A stretch of 64,000 bases of DNA from the human T2T-CHM13v2.0 reference genome, Homo sapiens, in the NCBI RefSeq assembly GCF_009914755.1, contig NC_060934.1; one strand, given 5' to 3'. This document shows positions 57,392 to 64,000 of the stretch, piece by piece. The position numbers and the translations under genes were made by a program. The notes under the pieces are model-generated. The model did not search any database. It was not told the DNA's origin and saw only the letters and a program-made list of their open reading frames with translations. Every line of letters starts with the position of its first letter. Position 1 is the stretch's first letter.

Positions 57392-57918
57392 TGTATTAGT
57401 TATTGATTGCTGTGTGAAAAATTAGTACAAACTTGGTGGCTTTGAACAACACACATTTATTATCTCACAGTTTCCACTGTTCAGGAATCTAGGCACAGCT
57501 GGACTCCCTGTTCAGGGTGTCACAAGGCTATACTCACAGTGCCGGCCAGGCTGTGTTCTCATCTGGAAGCTCAACTGGGGAAGCATCCATTTCCTTGCTC
57601 ACATGTGTTGGCAGCATCCATTCTCTGAGGTAGTAGGTCTGAGAGCTTCAGTCAGCTGGAGGCTACTGCAGTTACTTGCCACATGGGGTTTTCAACAGGG
57701 CTACCTGCCTCCTCACGGCCAGCCAGGAACTGAAATTCCTGCACGATTATGCTGTGTGTGATATAATCACATACCTCCTTTCACCTTTGTCATATTCTGT
57801 TGGTTAGAAGCAATTCATAGACCTCACCCACCCTTGAGGGGAGGGGAGCACACAAGGCCATGGGCACCAGTAAGCAGGGGTCCTGGGTAGGGGGCACCCT
57901 ACAGGTCTGTCCACCACA
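57392..57918 (-). mobile_element. MLT1D/E-type MaLR LTR
   Basis: TGTATTAGTTA...CATTTATTATCTCACAGTTTC...CATATTCTGTTGGTTAGAAGCAA...CCACCACA. Confidence 0.85.
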
Positions 57919-58064
57919 TCCCCCTTTCCCTTTCTCCTCTTCTCCTTCCTTACCCTCTTTCTTCATTTCCCCTTTCAAGTCTAGCCTCAGACATAGGGCT
58001 TTGCCAATAAATATTAGCTTTAGAGTAATGATGTTAATAAGTGACATCACTATATTCCAGGCAC

Positions 58065-58910
<846 letters not shown>

Positions 58911-59849
58911 AGCTGTGTTTATGTATATACAATCCTCACATCCCTCTATGGGAGGCAACATCATCCTCTTTATACACAACAGCCTTCTGGGTCAGACCTA
59001 CACTTTCTCCATGGGTCCTGAAAGATCAGACAGGAAGGAAGGCCGACAGGTGCAGTGCAGAAAGTGTAGGTTTCACCTATCTTTTCACTATTGACAACCT
59101 TCTTTTTTTTTTTTCTTAAGAGACACATTGTTTTGAAGACTTCTGCATACCAATCAAATGTCCTTTGGTTAGTCTCATTTAATTCCTCTAGTGATTCTCT
59201 TATTACTCAAAGACACATATAGCCAGCTGCAGAGCTGCTGGTCTGACAACCTACATAACAGCATTGCCTAGTTTCAGATAAAACCAGACAAAATCCAGGT
59301 TCAGGTCCACCTTGGTCACCTCCTTACAAGAACACAGGATTTCTGTTGGGCTGTGTAAACACTAGAAGATGCCGCCCTTTCCCTTTGTGATGCTGCAGGG
59401 ACCTTAGATGACCAAAGACGCCACGTCTCCACTGAGGATCTCTTAGACCGAGACCAGGTCTGAAGCGCTCTGACTTATGCCAATCGATATATATCAATGC
59501 ATAAGCCATTCACACACCATTTTGACCAGGCACAAGCCATCATTTTTAAACAAAAATTCAAAGTCCCATCCATTTACTTTGGGCTGGTTCTTATGCTATG
59601 ATAGGTTCCATGAAGGTAGTGAGGAACATTTTCCAAGCTGCTGCCAAGTGGTCAGAAAGACTTCAGGCTACTGCTAGCAGACTGTACTTTGGGGTATACT
59701 TTGTTCTTTCCCATTTGTCTCTCTGTTTCTATCTCTCCATCTCTGTCTTTCTCTCTGTCTCTGTCTTTCTCTGTGTGGGTAAGTATGTTTTTTATAGTTA
59801 GTATATGTAATGTATATTTACATATATATGAGAGATCTGTCTACCCATC

Positions 59850-60400
59850 TATCAACTATCAACAAAATTCAGGTCCCATTATATCTTACTTTTTATTAGC
59901 ATATTTTTTCCATGTGATAAAAGAAAAGTACATTCAAAAATGTAACTTTTAAAGTTATTGTTTGATATTCTATCACGTGCCGTTACCATGATTAATTTAA
60001 CTAATTCTCTATTTTGGGACATTTAGGCTGTTTCCAGTATTTTGCCATTGCAAATAATACTGCATGAATATCCTTCTACCTAAATCCTCAGGGACATTTC
60101 TGATATTTTCCTTAGGCTAAGTGATAAGATGCAGAATAACCCACAAAGCACACGGATGTTGGCTTTTGAGTCTCATGATCAAATACAAATTTATGCCGCT
60201 GTCAACAGCATAGAAGAGTGTCTTTTTTGCCCACACCAGTAATTTTCTATACAAATATTTTTTCTCAATTTTATAGGTAAAGCATGATTGTTTGGTTTTC
60301 ATTGCATTTAACGGATTCCTTGTGAGTTTAAATATTTTTTTCAGGTTTGCTGTCCATTTGCGTTTCTCCTTGCTTTGCATTTTGCATTCCTTTTTCTCAT
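59850..60400 (-). mobile_element. Old L1 (L1ME-like) fragment
   Basis: GGACATTTAGGCTGTTTCCAGTATTTTGCCATTGCAAATAATACTGCATGAATATCC. Confidence 0.7.
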
Positions 60401-61617
60401 TTCATGTGTCTCCACTCGCTCACAGAATGACATCCTGTGCTCAGCAGGTCTCTTTTCCCCTCATTCCAGACATCAGGGCAGGAGTATTACGAAGGTCCCA
60501 CAGAATAACTTGGTAATTGTCACCTGCCTTGCAAATTGAACATATGTTAGAAAGATGCACGCTCACAAGCCCACAGCCGGCTTGGTCAGCCACATCTGTC
60601 ATTCCTCCCACCAGGAAGGCCAAATTCCTCCCAGAGCTGTAAACCTCACATCTCACTGAGTCTCTGGACACCATCACCCAGGGGCTGTGAGATCAGGAGG
60701 GCCTGCTGGTAACTACTTAAGCAGCTGAGGTTCCAGTGCACTTCAGGGTTTTACAGGACTATGCCTCGAAGGAAGTGTTCCCTGCTGCTCTGGGGAAACA
60801 GGCAATTGTAAATCAGGTAACAATGAGGCCCTGACTTATTTATCCTTCTAAAAGTTTTACATATTAGGGCCAGCAAGGGACACATTTGTCCAGTTCATGG
60901 CTGATTTGCAGAGTCAGCACTTTGGTAAGACCAGCCCGCCTTGCTCAGCAGGGTCGGCATGTGCTGGGGGCTTGGAGGAACCAAGGCACCCTGTAGTGCT
61001 GAGGCCTTATCTTGTCTCTCGGTCTGGACTAAATGTTATCTTTCAGAGACATGAGACACAGGATGGGAAGTCACCAAACAGTGGGAAATTCTTCCTCTTG
61101 GTGCTAAAGGTGCTTTTTCCCCTCTCTCCCTGGCCTCCTCCAAGTTCCTCCTCCTTTACAGGGAACATTTGCCTGGAGAACAGCTGCACCCTTGTGATCC
61201 CAGAAATGACAGGGAACCATTAAAACAGGAACAGCAGTGATAAAAGAAGTTTTCGGGCCTTTGGCTTATACTAATTAGCAATCAAGGCCAAAGCTGAACC
61301 CAATGTCCCATAATAAATTATGACACATCCTTACAAGAGAATATTAGGCAGCTATTAAAAATAATGTTTTCAAAGAATTTTTATGGCACTGAAAACTGCT
61401 TATGACATGAAGTGAAATGAAGGAAAGATGTAAAGCCCACATACAGAACACGGAATACCAATGACCTGAAAGACTACCTGGAAATATTGTAAAATGGGAA
61501 CTGCAATTATCTCTGCAGGAAAAATTATGTGTGCATTTTATGTTTCTCTCTTATTATATTTTTAAAATTTCCTACATTAGGCATTTGTAACCTTTGTTTA
61601 CCAAAATAAATAAATAA

Positions 61618-61941
<324 letters not shown>

Positions 61942-62016
61942 AAAAATCGTTATTATTTTTAAAGACCAAGTCTGATGTGAGCTGCCCCAGGCCTTTGAAG
62001 ATTTTCTATGTTCATT

Positions 62017-62163
62017 TCTCCCTCCCTCCCTCCCTCCCTTCCTTTCTCCTTCCTTCCCTCACTTTCTTTGTTCCTTCTTCTCTTTTTCCTCTTTCTTCCT
62101 CCCTCCCTCCCTTTTTTTCTCTCATTCTTCCTCCCTCTCTCCCTGTCTTCCTTCTTTCCTTCC
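62017..62163. repeat. CT-rich low-complexity tract
   Basis: ~145 nt that are almost entirely pyrimidine. Confidence 0.9.
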
Positions 62164-63087
62164 AGAAAACCAGCAATATTGACCAAAAACAAATTTTCAA
62201 CAAGATCAAGAAGTTGATGGTCCTGATGCTGAATGAGGGAGGGGGCTTGGCTACTTTCGAAAAAGCTTGGGGATCCAAACATTGTTCTGCACTGTCCTGG
62301 TCACAATGCTTCTAGGGGGCTAGTTTCAATTCTGGGTGCCAGGTTAAAAAGTATATAGAAAAGATCACCTTCTGCAGAATACAAAAATGACAAAAACGAC
62401 AAAAACGATTTCATCAATAAAAGCCACAGCAGCAGCTCCACCATGTACTGAATGCTTATCATGTGCTAGATACTGGATGGAAACATGATCTATTGTTTGA
62501 TGTGAGCTTTAAAACAACTCTTTTACAGCTGAGAAATCTGAGTTTACCAACATTAAGTAATGAGGTGGATCTATTTGATCCTGTATAAATTTGCCCAGGA
62601 AATGGAGGAAGGGAAGCTTTCCCAGGGAAGATCCTGCCTTATCTGCAGATGGGACGGCTTGGACTGTGGCCTTGGCTGCTGGAACTGGAGAAGCTGGCTG
62701 GGAGGGCTGCATTACCACGGGAACTCTGGATGGATTTTCCTGGACAAGGGTGACAATTCAACTCTCTTTAGAATTCTAGAGGTTTATATTGAAAGGTGTT
62801 GGTGATGCAACAGACTTAGCTCATGGGAGGCAGAAGCCTGAATGCTCTGGAATCAGGAAGACCGGGCTCCCAGACGGCCTCAGTGGAATCCACTTTGCAG
62901 TCACCCTTGGCTGCTTTTTGCCTGACTGGAGGATTCTGTGGCTTGAGATGCCCAGCATTGTTCAGGACCGTGGCCTTTGAGGGTGACTCTGTGGATCATG
63001 GGGAAATTGGGTCCATTCTTATAGCTTGCCAGGAATGTGACAGCGGTTGACTGGGCCCCACCTGGGCAGTCCTCCAATTGTTGGTAG

Positions 63088-63450
<363 letters not shown>

Positions 63451-64000
63451 TTTAAATGGACTGCTTCTTAGCTGATGTAAGAATTATGAGTACCCCAGAG
63501 AAGTCTATCCCACCAACTAACACAGAGAAAAAATACAAGCAAAATAATCTGTATGAAATATTAGTTTTAATAAAACAGAACCAGTCCATGTATGGAGGCA
63601 TGGGCATAAGGTCAACTTGCACTAAATGTAACTCGTACGTTTTTTCTAAAATAATTTCTTGAGCATTGTGGTGGCCTTATGTACTAACCCGAAGCTGAAC
63701 TTCCTGGGAAGCTGATCCAATGGAGCACTTGGAATTCAGGGGTGGAGTCTTCTTCCTGGGTCAGAGCTGGTTCAGGGTCACATGCTCTTGAGGTCCCTAA
63801 AGGCCACATGTGCTGCATTTCGCCCAGCAGCTCCCATCACACCTCCTCCTGGAAGGGAATCTCCTATGAACCAAAGCTCCGCTCAAAAACCTGCCAGGGT
63901 GGGGGTGGGGACAGGGCTTACAGAGATCCAGCAACAAAGCAGAGTGGGGCTGGTTAGAGGGGTCCGGGGGCATGGGCACTGGAATCACCTAAGACAGCCG

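Overview
Primate (catarrhine, most likely human) euchromatic non-coding DNA, intergenic or deep intronic. I recognise no protein-coding gene, rRNA/tRNA, CRISPR array or large CpG island, and cannot name the locus. Most ORFs in the track are explained by Alu/L1/LTR sequence, tandem repeats or chance. The window is a layered repeat landscape: 21 Alus (many with readable target-site duplications, TSDs), numerous MIR and L2 relics, CR1/L3 and probable L4 (RTE-X) relics, old L1M/L1PB fragments, hAT MITEs (MER30, MER81-like), MaLR LTRs (MLT1, THE1) and ERV1 solo LTRs (HERV-W LTR17, an LTR10-like LTR with an internal 24-bp VNTR, a MER4-group LTR). Best second-look items: a 2-kb cluster of three LTRs with divergent LTR10-like/LTR17 promoters, a near-perfect 40-bp G-quadruplex-type minisatellite, a 41-bp-arm fold-back inside an L1MC, a candidate ancient L1 3' transduction splitting an MLT1F, two close inverted Alu pairs, and strong RFX, CTCF, forkhead and AP-1 motif sites in unique DNA. 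I found no convincing evidence for a novel multi-gene biological system. Repeat family names come from remembered consensus sequences and need RepeatMasker/Dfam confirmation; boundaries of ancient repeats are approximate.
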